Origin: an uncultured Bacteroidota bacterium
Lineage (GTDB): Bacteria; Bacteroidota; Bacteroidia; Bacteroidales; DTGW01
Assembly: GCA_963808135.1 (NCBI GenBank)
Contig: CAWEFA010000027.1
Span: 66,416-130,415 of the forward strand
Direction: 5' to 3'
Length of the DNA stretch: 64,000 nt
Below are positions 19,529 to 30,041 of the stretch, piece by piece; the stretch's first letter is position 1, and every line of letters starts with the position of its first letter. Position numbers and translations under genes: made by a program. The notes beneath the pieces were generated by a model, which was not told the origin of the DNA, searched no databases, and was given only the letters and a program-made list of their open reading frames with translations.

Positions 19529-21979
19529 TTAATTTATAGGTTCCTTTTGTTTTTTATATAATTTGTGCCTAAATATCTTATCCATAAAAGCTGGCTTTTC
19601 TTTATTATAATATCCATAGCCATATCCGTAATTATAATTATAACCATAATTATACCCGTAACCATAACCGCTTTGGGCAACAGGCAGGTCATTGATAATA
19701 ATATTTACATTTTGGATGTTTCGTTTTTTTAAAGTCGATACAATTTGTTTAAAAATTGCTTTACGCGTATAATTATGTCTAACCATGAATATGTTAACAT
19801 CGCTAAAGTTAAACAGTAGCATTGCGTCGGCAACCATTCCCACCGGCGGGGTATCAATAATTATATAATCGAACCATTGTTTCAGGTTAAATATCATTTC
19901 ATTAGTAACGGGTGAAGCTATTAATTCATTCGGATTAGGCGGCACAGGCCCGGGCAAAATTACATTCAGGTTTTTATTAGAAGTAGTATTTATTATTTTT
20001 TCAAGCTCATCATTACCGCTTAAAAATGTACTTATGCCTTTATTATTTGTTAGGTCGAACGGAACGTTCCGCATTGGCTTCCGAAGGTCGAAATACAACA
20101 ACAGGGTTTTTTTGCCGAATAAAGCAAAGCTTGCTGCCAGGTTTATGCTTGTATAGCTTTTGCCTTCATCCATCATTGATGATGTAACCAAAATTACATG
20201 CTTTTCATTTAGCGGGGCAACGAATTGAAAGTTAGTCCTGATTGACCTGAACGATTCTGCAACAATAGATTTTGGATCATCAAAAATTGGGATTAGATTT
20301 TTTGATTTGTTATGAATTGCATGACCGAGTACAGGAAAATCGGCTATAGACTCAACATCTTCAATTTCGCGTATTTTTTCATTAAAATAGTCATTGAAGA
20401 AAATTAACACGAATGGAATACAAAGCCCAAGCATAATAGCAATTAACATATTCTTCATGAAATTCGGCGAAATAAGAATGGCATCACGTTTGTCGGCTTC
20501 ATTTACAATTTCGTTATCGGAGATTAAGCCGGCTTTAGAAATTTGTAAATCGCTTCGTTTCGAAAGCAAATAAGTATATAAATCGCTATAAAGCTTAAAT
20601 ATTCTTTCATAACCGAATAATTCTTTTTGCGTTTTAGGCAATTTTTCTTCTTCAGCAGAAACCTTATCAATCCGTTGGTCGATATAATGAACCGACATTT
20701 CATTAGCATCTATTAAATTTTTTACATTATTGAAAATGACCTTTTTTAAATTGGAAACTTTTGCATCGTATGAAGTAGTAAAAGGATTTTCCTTCTTAAG
20801 ATTATTAGCCAATTCAGCCCGGTCGTTTATCATATCGGTAAACTCGCTGAACAAGCTGTTTAATACCGGGTCGTCAATTCCCATTGATGCGGGCGCTATG
20901 AAGGTTTTCACATCGCTGTTTTTCTCCAGAAGATCTTTTAAGTACTCAAAATATTTCTGTCTTGCTAATAGCTCTGCTTTCCGGTTTTGAAGATCTTCAA
21001 GGCCTTTAAAAACTTCTTGCGAATAAAAATCAACATCCATTATTTTATTGGCCGATTGGAATGTTTGAAGCCGTTCCTGCGATAATTTTAATGAATCAGA
21101 TACTTCAAGAAGTTGATTGCTAATGAAATTTATGGTGTTGGCAGCCGATATATGTTTTTTTTCAATCGATTTTTCAAGATATATATTACAGATACAATTT
21201 AAAAAATCAACAATTTTATCGATGTTATTTCCTTTGAATGAAACCTGGAGTATAGTTGAATTTCGAAGGTCAGTAACCTCGTAGTTTCGGAATTCCCTGA
21301 TAAGGCTTTCCCATGACCTCAAAGAAAAATAATATTCCTTTCCAATAATATTTGTATTTGATTTTTTCGGGTTCTTTAACCTGAGAGTAAACGAAATAAG
21401 ATCAGTTTTTACAGGTTTGTTACAAATAAAAGTATTTTTGAATTTGCAGTTATAAATAACATTTTTAACCGATTGTGTATATAAATTTCTTAATTGAGCA
21501 TTCTGAAAATCAGCCGACAGAAAATAGGTGGAATCGGAAAGGAATTTAACTTTATATAAAACGTCGGTGGTTTGCAAAGCAAGGCTATCGGGGATAATTT
21601 CAAACGGGGAGTTTAAATATAGCTCACGCCTGGCAAACGGAATTTTTTGAAAATATGAAATGCCAAAATTAAGTCTTTTCAAAGCCCTTTCGGTAATATG
21701 GGTCGATTTGAGCATTTCGGTTTCGTTAACTATCGAAAATTTATTTTCAACAGCTTCAATAGGATCGGCATTTTGAAGGTCTATGAGAGGTTTTTCTTTT
21801 TTTATGAGAATAGAAGCCGAAATTCGATAAACGGTCTGGGAATACCGTGATACAACAACTGCAATACTCATTGCAATAAATGTTGACAATAAAATAAGTT
21901 TCCAGTATTGTTGAATCTTACGGATGATATACTTTAAATCGTTTGGTTCTTGTTTTATTGCAGATCGTTCAAATTCCAT
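19529..21979 (-). CDS. Wzc/GumC-like polysaccharide co-polymerase with BY-kinase domain
   Basis: 816 aa with an N-terminal Wzz-type domain and two TM segments. It has a P-loop (VTSSMMDEGKSYTS), IIIDTPPVG, and the Tyr-rich tail GYGYGYNYGYNYNYGYGYGYY. Confidence 0.85.
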   Translation of the reverse strand: MEFERSAIKQEPNDLKYIIRKIQQYWKLILLSTFIAMSIAVVVSRYSQTVYRISASILIKKEKPLIDLQNADPIEAVENKFSIVNETEMLKSTHITERALKRLNFGISYFQKIPFARRELYLNSPFEIIPDSLALQTTDVLYKVKFLSDSTYFLSADFQNAQLRNLYTQSVKNVIYNCKFKNTFICNKPVKTDLISFTLRLKNPKKSNTNIIGKEYYFSLRSWESLIREFRNYEVTDLRNSTILQVSFKGNNIDKIVDFLNCICNIYLEKSIEKKHISAANTINFISNQLLEVSDSLKLSQERLQTFQSANKIMDVDFYSQEVFKGLEDLQNRKAELLARQKYFEYLKDLLEKNSDVKTFIAPASMGIDDPVLNSLFSEFTDMINDRAELANNLKKENPFTTSYDAKVSNLKKVIFNNVKNLIDANEMSVHYIDQRIDKVSAEEEKLPKTQKELFGYERIFKLYSDLYTYLLSKRSDLQISKAGLISDNEIVNEADKRDAILISPNFMKNMLIAIMLGLCIPFVLIFFNDYFNEKIREIEDVESIADFPVLGHAIHNKSKNLIPIFDDPKSIVAESFRSIRTNFQFVAPLNEKHVILVTSSMMDEGKSYTSINLAASFALFGKKTLLLYFDLRKPMRNVPFDLTNNKGISTFLSGNDELEKIINTTSNKNLNVILPGPVPPNPNELIASPVTNEMIFNLKQWFDYIIIDTPPVGMVADAMLLFNFSDVNIFMVRHNYTRKAIFKQIVSTLKKRNIQNVNIIINDLPVAQSGYGYGYNYGYNYNYGYGYGYYNKEKPAFMDKIFRHKLYKKQKEPIN

Positions 21980-22005
21980 TTCATTTCTTATATGAACCGA
22001 AAAAA

Positions 22006-22781
22006 TTATTTGATATTAAAATATATCAATAAAGCCAGTGTAAATGACGCTATTGAGAAAAGCATAGTGTATGGAAATTTATCAAATGCAAATGATTTTG
22101 CTGTCCGCGGTTCCACGTATAAAATATCATTAGGCATCAGGTAGTAATAATCGCTTTGAAGAATATCCTTATTTGATAAGTCAAGGATAATTACATCAGA
22201 ACCTTTTAAAGTTTGGCGGACCAATTTTACTTTTTTTATATTTGCAAAATCCTTAAACCCGCCCGCCATTCCAACAGCCTGGAGAATATTTACCTGATCT
22301 TTGTTTATGGTAAAATTACCCGGTGAATTTACTTCCCCCAATACCGCAACCTGGTAATCTATTAACCTTACAACTACAGTGGCTTCTTTAAAATAATCAT
22401 TAATGGCTTTTTGCATTTGGTTTTTTATTTCTTCAACTGTTAATCCTTTAACATACATTTTATCAATAAAAGAATAGCTAATGTAGCCTTGCTCGTCGAC
22501 CATATAGCTGTTCAAATACATGTATGTCTCGTTCATCAACGAGGGGAGATCGGTTTGAAAAAGTTTGCTGGTTTTTGGGTCGGTACTGTACACTCTAATA
22601 TAAAGGTGATCGCCGGTTTGAATATGATAGGTTGTTTTTTTGCTATTTTCGAAATTACTTATCGTTTCTTTCGATGGTCCTGAATTAATCTAAGGCGCTT
22701 TTGAGAAATACATGAACTTGTTAAGGAAGCGACTAATAAAATAAAATAAATGAGTAATGAATGAATGAAATGGCTTTTCAT
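22006..22781 (-). CDS. Wza-like polysaccharide export outer-membrane lipoprotein with one frameshift
   Basis: ORF 22006..22593 extends upstream in frame to INSGPSKETISNFENSKKTTYHIQTGDHLYIRVYS and shows VAVLGEVNSPGNF and ILQAVGMAGG (Poly_export/SLBB pattern). The lipoprotein signal MKSHFIHSLLIYFILLVASLTSSC starts at the ATG at 22781 in another frame. The join lies within ~22660..22690. Confidence 0.75.
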
Positions 22782-22788
22782 GGCTTTA

Positions 22789-24495
22789 TTATTTGTTCTG
22801 TTGCTGCTCTTCATTGAAAATACTTTTTAGGTTTACCTGCTGGCCATTGTTATATGCAGAAATAAACGCCCCTTCGATATTAATTTTTTTAAGCAGGTTA
22901 CAAGCTTTGCTATAATCATTGCCACAATTAATAGAATATTTATACCAGTTATCTTCAAAACTGTTTTCAAGTTGTTCGGGTCCGGAATATATATCCTTCA
23001 ATTCCCCGGCAGATAGTTCAACTCTGCTTGCTACAACCTGAACTTTAAAAATAAGATTTGAAGCATACTTAAAGTTAATAAAATTATTTGAATTTTCATC
23101 TGGTTTAATTAAAGCTTCCGTTGGGTTTATTTTTCGGCCATTTACAAACGCAACAACAAATGCCCCTTTAATTTCGCAGCTTTCCCTGAATTGCCTGGCT
23201 GAAGCATAAGTTTGATAAGGCCCTGTTGAATATTTGTACCATTCGTCTTCATAAATTTCTTCTAAGATTTCCGGGCCGGGATAAATTCCTTTTTGCATTT
23301 CAGGATTTAATGGAACACGGCTTGCGGCAACCTGAACCCTGAAAGTAAATCCCTGAACTGAAATGGTATCTGAGAATTTATACTGTGATTTTTTTTGAAT
23401 ATTCTTTCCTATCCTTTGGCTTTTTTCTTTTGTTTCAGATTTTGAGTTATAAGCTGTTTCTGTATCAATTTTGCCGGTTGATCCTGTTTGTTTAGAAGCT
23501 AAGGTTGTGTTTTGTTGTGCCAATAGTAAGCTATCCGGAATATTTTTTTTAGCGGTATCTTTAGAAGCTGTTTCGGCATTTAAATCGTTGTCGCCAAAAA
23601 TATATCTGTACCAGGCTTTTTTTATGGCTTCAATATCTGAATAATCAAGAGATGGAAAGTCGATAATATATTTTTCATAATCTTTTGGGTACGATTCTTT
23701 AATAAATTTATTAAACGCATCAACTTTTTCTTCTCTAATATTAATTGCCTGGTAAATATTGGGTGCACTAACCGGTTCGGTAGATGTTTTGGCGGCAACC
23801 GGCTCTTCTTTTTCAGTTTCAGGAATCTTGCGAATAGTATCTGCCGGTTTTTTTTGGAAAACTTGACCCGTATCTTTTGGCATAGATGTTTGAGAAAATG
23901 AAGTATTTGAATATATATTGAATGCCTTAATTATATCTTCGACAGCTTTATTGGATAAATCCAAAGCAGAGGACATTGTTGAAAACGAAATTAGCTTATC
24001 ATTAGCGCCTTCGGCTTCTTTAAGCTGGTTTATAGCTGACTGGAAATTTGTACGTGAATTATTTTCGAGAGATTTTGCATATCCTAAATCTTCAGGGTTG
24101 CCTTGATACTTTTTCCAGAATTCTTCTGCTTTGGAAATATATACTTCGTATTTAATTTTATTTGATGATTGATGTGCTTTAAGCCCTTCTATTTGCTTAT
24201 CAAGCGCCTTATTATTTAGCTTTTCGGTTTCTTCAGCTGTTAATTCGGATTGTTTCGTGGAAATTTCATTATAAATTTTATCAGCTTCCTGCTGAATTTG
24301 CTTCGATTTCCGATCTTCTTTTTCGGCTTTTTCCAATTTTTTTCTGTCGGAATTGGTAATAATTATCTTGTCATTATTAATATTTTGGAAAGCAAAAACT
24401 GTTTTCGCCTGGAAAACATTTCCATAAATAAACAACAATATAACCGGTAATTTTTGGATCATAAACGCTAAATGTAATTTTTGATATTGTTTCAA
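22789..24495 (-). CDS. SPOR-domain protein (two C-terminal SPOR repeats, long charged N-terminal region)
   Basis: 568 aa with an N-terminal hydrophobic leader and a Lys/Glu-rich region. It carries two repeats, FRVQVAASRVPL...GAFVVAF and FKVQVVASRVEL...GAFISAY, typical of SPOR peptidoglycan-binding domains. It ends 8 nt upstream of the wza-like start. Confidence 0.65.
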   Translation of the reverse strand: MKQYQKLHLAFMIQKLPVILLFIYGNVFQAKTVFAFQNINNDKIIITNSDRKKLEKAEKEDRKSKQIQQEADKIYNEISTKQSELTAEETEKLNNKALDKQIEGLKAHQSSNKIKYEVYISKAEEFWKKYQGNPEDLGYAKSLENNSRTNFQSAINQLKEAEGANDKLISFSTMSSALDLSNKAVEDIIKAFNIYSNTSFSQTSMPKDTGQVFQKKPADTIRKIPETEKEEPVAAKTSTEPVSAPNIYQAINIREEKVDAFNKFIKESYPKDYEKYIIDFPSLDYSDIEAIKKAWYRYIFGDNDLNAETASKDTAKKNIPDSLLLAQQNTTLASKQTGSTGKIDTETAYNSKSETKEKSQRIGKNIQKKSQYKFSDTISVQGFTFRVQVAASRVPLNPEMQKGIYPGPEILEEIYEDEWYKYSTGPYQTYASARQFRESCEIKGAFVVAFVNGRKINPTEALIKPDENSNNFINFKYASNLIFKVQVVASRVELSAGELKDIYSGPEQLENSFEDNWYKYSINCGNDYSKACNLLKKINIEGAFISAYNNGQQVNLKSIFNEEQQQNK

Positions 24496-25055
24496 TAGTA
24501 ATATAAACCTATAATGTGTTTGTTGGTTAATTTGGATTTAGAAAATGGAAAAACAGTTAAATTTTAAATAATTGTATTTCATCATTTTGCCATAGCTGTT
24601 TTTGTTTTTCGTACACTGCGACATTTCATTGTCCGGTAGGGTTTTGCAGTTTATTTATTTTTGAAAAAATCAGTTTTTTAACTATAAAAATTTCTTATAT
24701 GTAAATATAAGAAATCAATTTTATAAATTTCCCCTTTAAGTTATTTTTATATCCTTCTTAACTATTTAGGATAATAGCGCATTTGGTTAAGATAATTATC
24801 AGGTTCCAAATTTAAAAAACTTCTGAAACATCCATATTCTGGAAGGTATAAACATAATGAGATTATATAATCCAATATAGATGATCTACCCGATAATTGA
24901 AACCAAATCAGTTCACATGAAAATAAAGCATTACTTACTTTATTGGTAATAAATTAATTTTATTAAATTAGCTAACTTAAAATTCAATTTGATAACAAAT
25001 AAAACGAAATTGATAAATTGCTCTTGAAATTAATTTATAACTAAAATATTTTCAA

Positions 25056-25907
25056 ATGAAAAATATTATAGTTCCTTTAGATTTTTCAAACGATTCTTTA
25101 AAAGGTCTCGAGTATGCGCTTTTAATTGCAGGCAAAATTCCGGTGAAGATTCAAATGGTTTATGTTCAGAGAAGGACAGACATACCCAGTAACTCAGGAG
25201 AAGAATTCCGACAAGCTGAAAAAAAATTTTTAAATATTTTGGATAGCTATAATGCCCGTGTACCTAAAAATTCATCGTTAACATATATTATTAAAAAAGG
25301 TAAAGTTTACCAGGAAGTAGTAAACCAGGCACAAGCTTTTCAGGATAGTTTAATTGTAGCCTCTACTCACGGCGCTTCGGGATTTGAAGAATTATTTATA
25401 GGGAGCAATGCATACAGGATTATTTCAGCTACTACACGCCCGGTAATTACCATCAGGCAAGTGCAGGCGCCAAAAAATATTAATAAAATATTACTGCCTA
25501 TTGACATTGTTGTTGAATCGCGGCAAAAAGTAATTTTTACTTCATTCCTCGCACAAATATTTGGGGCTGAAATTCATGTTGTTACTGTATCTTCTTCAAA
25601 AAGCAAAAAAATAACCAATCGGTTGAATGCATATTCAGCCCAGGTTTGTAATTATTTAAAAACGCGTGAAATTCAATTTACAACAGGCTCTCTTTATGGA
25701 AGTAAATATATTAAGCAAATTATTGAATATGCTGAAAATATAAATGCGGATTTGATTTCAATAATTAATGAAAGTGGTGATAGTATTACTGACTTTATTA
25801 TTGGCGGTGAAGCGCAACAAATTATAAGTAAATCGCCGGTGCCGATTCTTACCATAAGGGCAAAGCCTCATTTTATTAAAGAAAGTTTCAGCACTTTTGG
25901 GGAATAA
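25056..25907 (+). CDS. Tandem universal stress protein (UspA family)
   Basis: 283 aa made of two Usp-like halves (IIVPLDFS ... LIVASTHGASGFEELFIGSNAYRIIS, then ILLPID ... FIIGGEAQQIISKSPVPILT). Confidence 0.75.
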   Translation: MKNIIVPLDFSNDSLKGLEYALLIAGKIPVKIQMVYVQRRTDIPSNSGEEFRQAEKKFLNILDSYNARVPKNSSLTYIIKKGKVYQEVVNQAQAFQDSLIVASTHGASGFEELFIGSNAYRIISATTRPVITIRQVQAPKNINKILLPIDIVVESRQKVIFTSFLAQIFGAEIHVVTVSSSKSKKITNRLNAYSAQVCNYLKTREIQFTTGSLYGSKYIKQIIEYAENINADLISIINESGDSITDFIIGGEAQQIISKSPVPILTIRAKPHFIKESFSTFGE

Positions 25908-26017
25908 CATAATTTAATGACAAATAAATTTCTTAAAGTTTTTGGTTATAAATTAAAAACATGTTTATAAAAATTCTTCAATTTATTTTTAAAAGCCAAT
26001 TGTAGATTATTACAGAT

Positions 26018-26530
26018 ATGTTTAAAAATTTTTACATATTTATTTTAATAATGATGTTTAGTTGCCAGTCCAAATACAAACCTTTACAAACTGTGCCTGA
26101 TGTAAATTTAGAAAGTTATTCAGGCTTGTGGTATGAAATTGCGGCATTCCCCCAGATATTTGAACGCGGGTGTAAATGCACAACTGCCGAATATCAGTTA
26201 ACCGGCAAAAATTATATCAGTATTATTAATAAATGTCAAAAGCCAAAAAAAATTGATAAAATTGCTGGAAAAGCTTTTGTTGTAAAAGGTTCAGGAAATG
26301 CTAAACTTAAGGTACAATTTTTCTGGCCTTTTAAAGGCGATTATTGGATTATTGAACTGGATAAGGATTACAAATGGGCGGCGGTTGGAAATAAAAGCAG
26401 GAAATATTTATGGATACTTTCACGAACATCGGCAATAAATGACGATTTATATAATGAAATACTTAATAAGTTAGCCGGGAAAGGCTTTGATGTTTCAAAA
26501 TTGATTAGAACGATACACGATTGTAAATAA
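26018..26530 (+). CDS. blc: Bacterial lipocalin (Blc-like)
   Basis: 170 aa with a signal sequence plus Cys. YSGLWYEIAAFPQIFERGC and YLWILSR are hallmark lipocalin motifs. Confidence 0.8.
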   Translation: MFKNFYIFILIMMFSCQSKYKPLQTVPDVNLESYSGLWYEIAAFPQIFERGCKCTTAEYQLTGKNYISIINKCQKPKKIDKIAGKAFVVKGSGNAKLKVQFFWPFKGDYWIIELDKDYKWAAVGNKSRKYLWILSRTSAINDDLYNEILNKLAGKGFDVSKLIRTIHDCK

Positions 26531-26603
26531 TTTTATAATAAAAAAATTAAAAATCATCGGAGCATTTCTTACTTTTAGTCGATAAATTGATATACTTTGC
26601 GAT

Positions 26604-27497
26604 ATGAGTGATTTTAAATACTTACTAAATATTTTAGTCGGGGCAATAGTATTCATAATTACAGCGTGCCATCATGAAATTCCTGATATTAAAACAACTT
26701 TTGAAGCAGATACTGTAAAAACTGAAATTGAAATGGTAAAAAAAGCTATCAATATTTTTTACCATATGTATTTGCCCTCCGAAATGTATAAAGTTTTTGA
26801 AAAAGCTGGAGCAGTGTATACGCCGGATATGCTAAACCCTGTTGAAAATGTGAATTTATACGAAGTTAGCAGTAAAGCTGCATTAAATCTCGGGATTTAT
26901 GGAGTAGACCTGAGTTATAATAAAATGTTTGGACAAAACCAAAAAACATTGCTTTATTTTACCGTTATTCATAAGCTCTCACAACAATTAGGGATTCCTG
27001 ATAACCATTTTACATTGGCCCTGAAGAAAATGGAAAAGAATTTATATAATCGCGATTCACTGGCAAAATACGCTACCAATATATATATTACTACAAACCA
27101 CTACTTAAATGAAAACGACCGGCAGGCAATAGCTGCGTTAATTATTACCGGCGGATGGATTGAAGCTCTTTATATTACGGCCAGGATATCAGATGAGAAC
27201 CCTTTAAACAAAGAAATAATAGAACGTATAGCATTTCAGAAATACTCCCTTCACACCCTTATTTCGTTTTTAAACAATTTTCAGGACGATAATAATGTTG
27301 CTAAATATTTATTAATGCTAAAAACCTTGCAGCGCTCATTTAATAAACTTGAAATTTTATATGAACCGGGCGACCTTGAAATCGACACAATAAATAAAAT
27401 GATAAGTACAAACAAAGCCGAATTTACATTACAGGATAAAGATATTAAGGAGATAAAAAAATTAGTCGTTGAGATTAGAAATGATATTGTCAAATAA
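26604..27497 (+). CDS. Predicted lipoprotein, function unknown
   Basis: 297 aa with a lipobox-like IITAC. The protein appears mostly helical and I recognise no family. Confidence 0.45.
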   Translation: MSDFKYLLNILVGAIVFIITACHHEIPDIKTTFEADTVKTEIEMVKKAINIFYHMYLPSEMYKVFEKAGAVYTPDMLNPVENVNLYEVSSKAALNLGIYGVDLSYNKMFGQNQKTLLYFTVIHKLSQQLGIPDNHFTLALKKMEKNLYNRDSLAKYATNIYITTNHYLNENDRQAIAALIITGGWIEALYITARISDENPLNKEIIERIAFQKYSLHTLISFLNNFQDDNNVAKYLLMLKTLQRSFNKLEILYEPGDLEIDTINKMISTNKAEFTLQDKDIKEIKKLVVEIRNDIVK

Positions 27498-27688
27498 GCT
27501 TGGATATATCTTTTAAAAGTATTTAAAATCTGTTCAGTATTTAAAAAACACTATAAGAACTTAACCTGTTAAGCTCTATAACTAAATCATTTGTAATAAT
27601 TTTAAAGCCAAGCAAAAAATATTCGCTTAAATGTTATTTAAGTCGGATAGTTGATCCTCTTATATATCAATGAATTTATTATTTAAAC

Positions 27689-28186
27689 ATGCGCGAAAAA
27701 CGTTGGTATGCAGTTTATGTTCGGTCAAGAAGTGAGAAAAAAGTATTTAAACAATTAATCGAACAGGGAACCGATAGCTATTTACCTTTGCTAAAAACTT
27801 TGCGCCAATGGAGCGACAGGAAAAAAATGGTAGAACTTCCATTGTTCAGTTCCTATGTTTTTGTCAATATTTCGCCAAAACAATTTGACTATGTACTGAA
27901 CGTTCAAGGTATAGTAAAGTTTGTAAATTTTGATGACAAGCCAGCTACCATCCCCGAAAAACAAATTGAAAGCCTTCGGTTATTGCTTTTTTCGGGCGAA
28001 AAATTTGAAATTGGTTTTGATGAATTTAAACTTGGAGAAAAAGTTGAAGTAATTGCAGGCCCGTTAAAAGGATTTAATGGAATCCTGGCAGATTATAAAG
28101 GGAAGAAACGTGTTTTACTCAGGATAGAAACAATTAACCAATCATTATTTGTTCAAATCAGGCCGTCATATTTAAAAAAGGGATAA
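27689..28186 (+). CDS. UpxY-family (NusG-like) transcription antiterminator heading the polysaccharide locus
   Basis: 165 aa. WYAVYVRSRSEKKVFKQL...SYLPLLKTLRQWSDRKKMVELPLFSSYVFV plus a C-terminal KOW-like segment (GEKVEVIAGPLKGFNG). It is the first gene of a long co-directional array. Confidence 0.8.
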   Translation: MREKRWYAVYVRSRSEKKVFKQLIEQGTDSYLPLLKTLRQWSDRKKMVELPLFSSYVFVNISPKQFDYVLNVQGIVKFVNFDDKPATIPEKQIESLRLLLFSGEKFEIGFDEFKLGEKVEVIAGPLKGFNGILADYKGKKRVLLRIETINQSLFVQIRPSYLKKG

Positions 28187-28451
28187 TTATTTTAAATAAT
28201 TTCTAAAATTACAATCCATTAGCTTATTATTATAAACAGCCTATTCTTATCATGACAATAACAATTAAAAATGTTTTAAATTTTTTTTAAAACTTTCTAA
28301 AAATTAAATTGAATAATATTTTTTTATTAATTTTGAGTAAGAAAATTACTCGGTCAGTGAATGCCTTAATGTAACTGAGAAGGCGAAGCTGTGAAAAATC
28401 CTGTTGAAAATATAATTTTTACTTCCTGAAATACAAATATTTAGCATAATC

Positions 28452-28979
28452 GTGTTAGATACTCTCATTAGTTCCCGTACAAGAATTAATTTGCTTTTAA
28501 AATTCTTTCTTAATCCCGAATGTACATCGTATTTACGGGAATTGGCCGAAGAATTTAATGAGAGTACAAATGGGATAAGGTTAGAACTGAATAAATTTGA
28601 GCAGGCAGGAATGTTATATTCAATTGTCGAGGGCAATCGAAAACTATTTAAGGCAAACAAGGATTATCCGTTTTATAATGAAATACATAATATTTTGATG
28701 AAATATACCGGAATCGGACAAATTATTGAACAATTCGTATTGCACCTGGGGCAACTTAATAAAGTATATCTCTCAGGTGATTATGCAAAGGGCAGGCATT
28801 CAGAAATAATTGATGTTGTGCTGGTGGGTGAGATAAACCGAAAATATTTGGTTAACGCAATTGAAAAAGCTCAAAAGTTGATATTGAAAAAAATTAAATA
28901 TCTTATTTATAGCAATAATGAGTTTGATTGCAATAGTATGGCTAAGGATTTGCTTTTGCTTTATGATGCCAGAAAATAA
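28452..28979 (+). CDS. Winged-helix (ArsR-like) regulator with C-terminal nucleotidyltransferase-like domain
   Basis: 175 aa with a GTG start. The N-terminus is SRTRINLLLKFFLNPECTSYLRELAEEFNESTNGIRLELNKFEQAGML (wHTH). The C-terminus is VYLSGDYAKGRHSEIIDVVLVGEI (minimal NTase-like). Confidence 0.55.
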   Translation: MLDTLISSRTRINLLLKFFLNPECTSYLRELAEEFNESTNGIRLELNKFEQAGMLYSIVEGNRKLFKANKDYPFYNEIHNILMKYTGIGQIIEQFVLHLGQLNKVYLSGDYAKGRHSEIIDVVLVGEINRKYLVNAIEKAQKLILKKIKYLIYSNNEFDCNSMAKDLLLLYDARK

Positions 28980-29032
28980 TTCAGAATAAACAAGCCAATA
29001 AAAAATTTTTTTAAGCTTTTAAAATTATCAAT

Positions 29033-30035
29033 ATGATTAAAATCTGTCTTGTTGGATATGGTTACTGGGGGCCAAATTTATTAAGAAATTTTAATGCCCT
29101 TGACAATTGCAAAGTCACGGTTGTTTGCGATTCGCGTGAAGAGAGATTAAAGCTTGTTTTAAAAAATTATCCCGATACTATTGTAACAACAAAACTCGAT
29201 GACGCTTTTCAAAATGATTTTGATTCAGTAATTGTTGCAACCCCTGTTTTTACTCATTTTGATATTGCAAAAAAGGCTTTATCACTCGGCAAGCATGTTT
29301 TAATAGAAAAGCCAATGGCTTCATCGGTCAAACAATGTGAAGAACTTATATTGTTGGCTGAAAAAAATGGTTTGTCATTAATGGTCGATCATACTTTTTT
29401 ATATACCGGGTCTGTAAGAAAAATAAAAGAACTTCTTTCAACAGATTTTTATTGGAAAAATTCAATATATCGATTCAACCCGCATTAACTTAGGACTTTT
29501 TCAGCCGGATATAAATGTTTTATGGGACTTGGCGCCTCATGATATTTCTATACTTAATTATGTATATCATGAAAAACCTGTATCTGTGAACGCCGTGGGG
29601 ATTTGCCATACATTTAATAAGATTGAAAATATAGCCTATCTTACGCTAAAGTATCAAAATGAGATGATAGCTCATTTCCATTGCTCATGGTCGTCTCCTG
29701 TAAAAATTCGCAAGTTTTTAATAGGCGGGGACAAAAAAATGATTGTATGGGACGATATGGAACCCACTGAAAAAGTAAAGATATACGATACCGGCTATGA
29801 TTATAAGAATGACGAGGAAAAAAGAAAAATATTGGTTGATTATCGAACCGGAGATATCTATGTTCCAAAAGTTTCCGGTACAGAAGCGCTGAGCCTGATG
29901 GCTAAAGATTTTATAAAATCAATAAGTGAAAACATCGAACCGGTTGCAAATGCTCAGAATGGATTGTTTGTAGTGAAAATTCTTGAAGCAGCTAATAATT
30001 CATTAAAAAATAATGGGAAAGAAATTTTATTATAG
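29033..30035 (+). CDS. Gfo/Idh/MocA-family sugar-nucleotide oxidoreductase (WbpB/GnnA-like), split by one frameshift
   Basis: Built from ORFs 29033..29488 and 29529..30035. It has a Rossmann start ICLVGYGYWGPN and LIEKPMA. Reading from 29453 in the next frame gives GKIQYIDSTRINLGLFQPDINVLWDLAPHDISI, which bridges the two ORFs. The shift maps to the T5 run 29446..29450. Confidence 0.75.
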
Positions 30036-30041
30036 TTTTTT

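Noticed and set aside
24690-24715. The 11-bp stem hairpin ATTTCTTATAT-GTAA-ATATAAGAAAT as a rho-independent terminator
   Set aside because: It lies in a divergent promoter region between the starts of the SPOR gene (24495, minus) and the Usp gene (25056, plus), so no transcript ends there. It has no T-tract. It is possibly an operator, but AT-only palindromes are common in this composition.
27498-27688. An invertible promoter (inverted repeats plus recombinase) upstream of upxY, as in Bacteroides capsule loci
   Set aside because: I saw only a short direct repeat (AGTATTTAAAA twice). There is no flanking inverted repeat and no nearby serine or tyrosine recombinase gene.
28346-28660. The 104-aa minus-strand ORF
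   Set aside because: It is antisense to the 5' end of the wHTH regulator gene and its upstream spacer. It has no motifs and is AT-rich low-complexity sequence.
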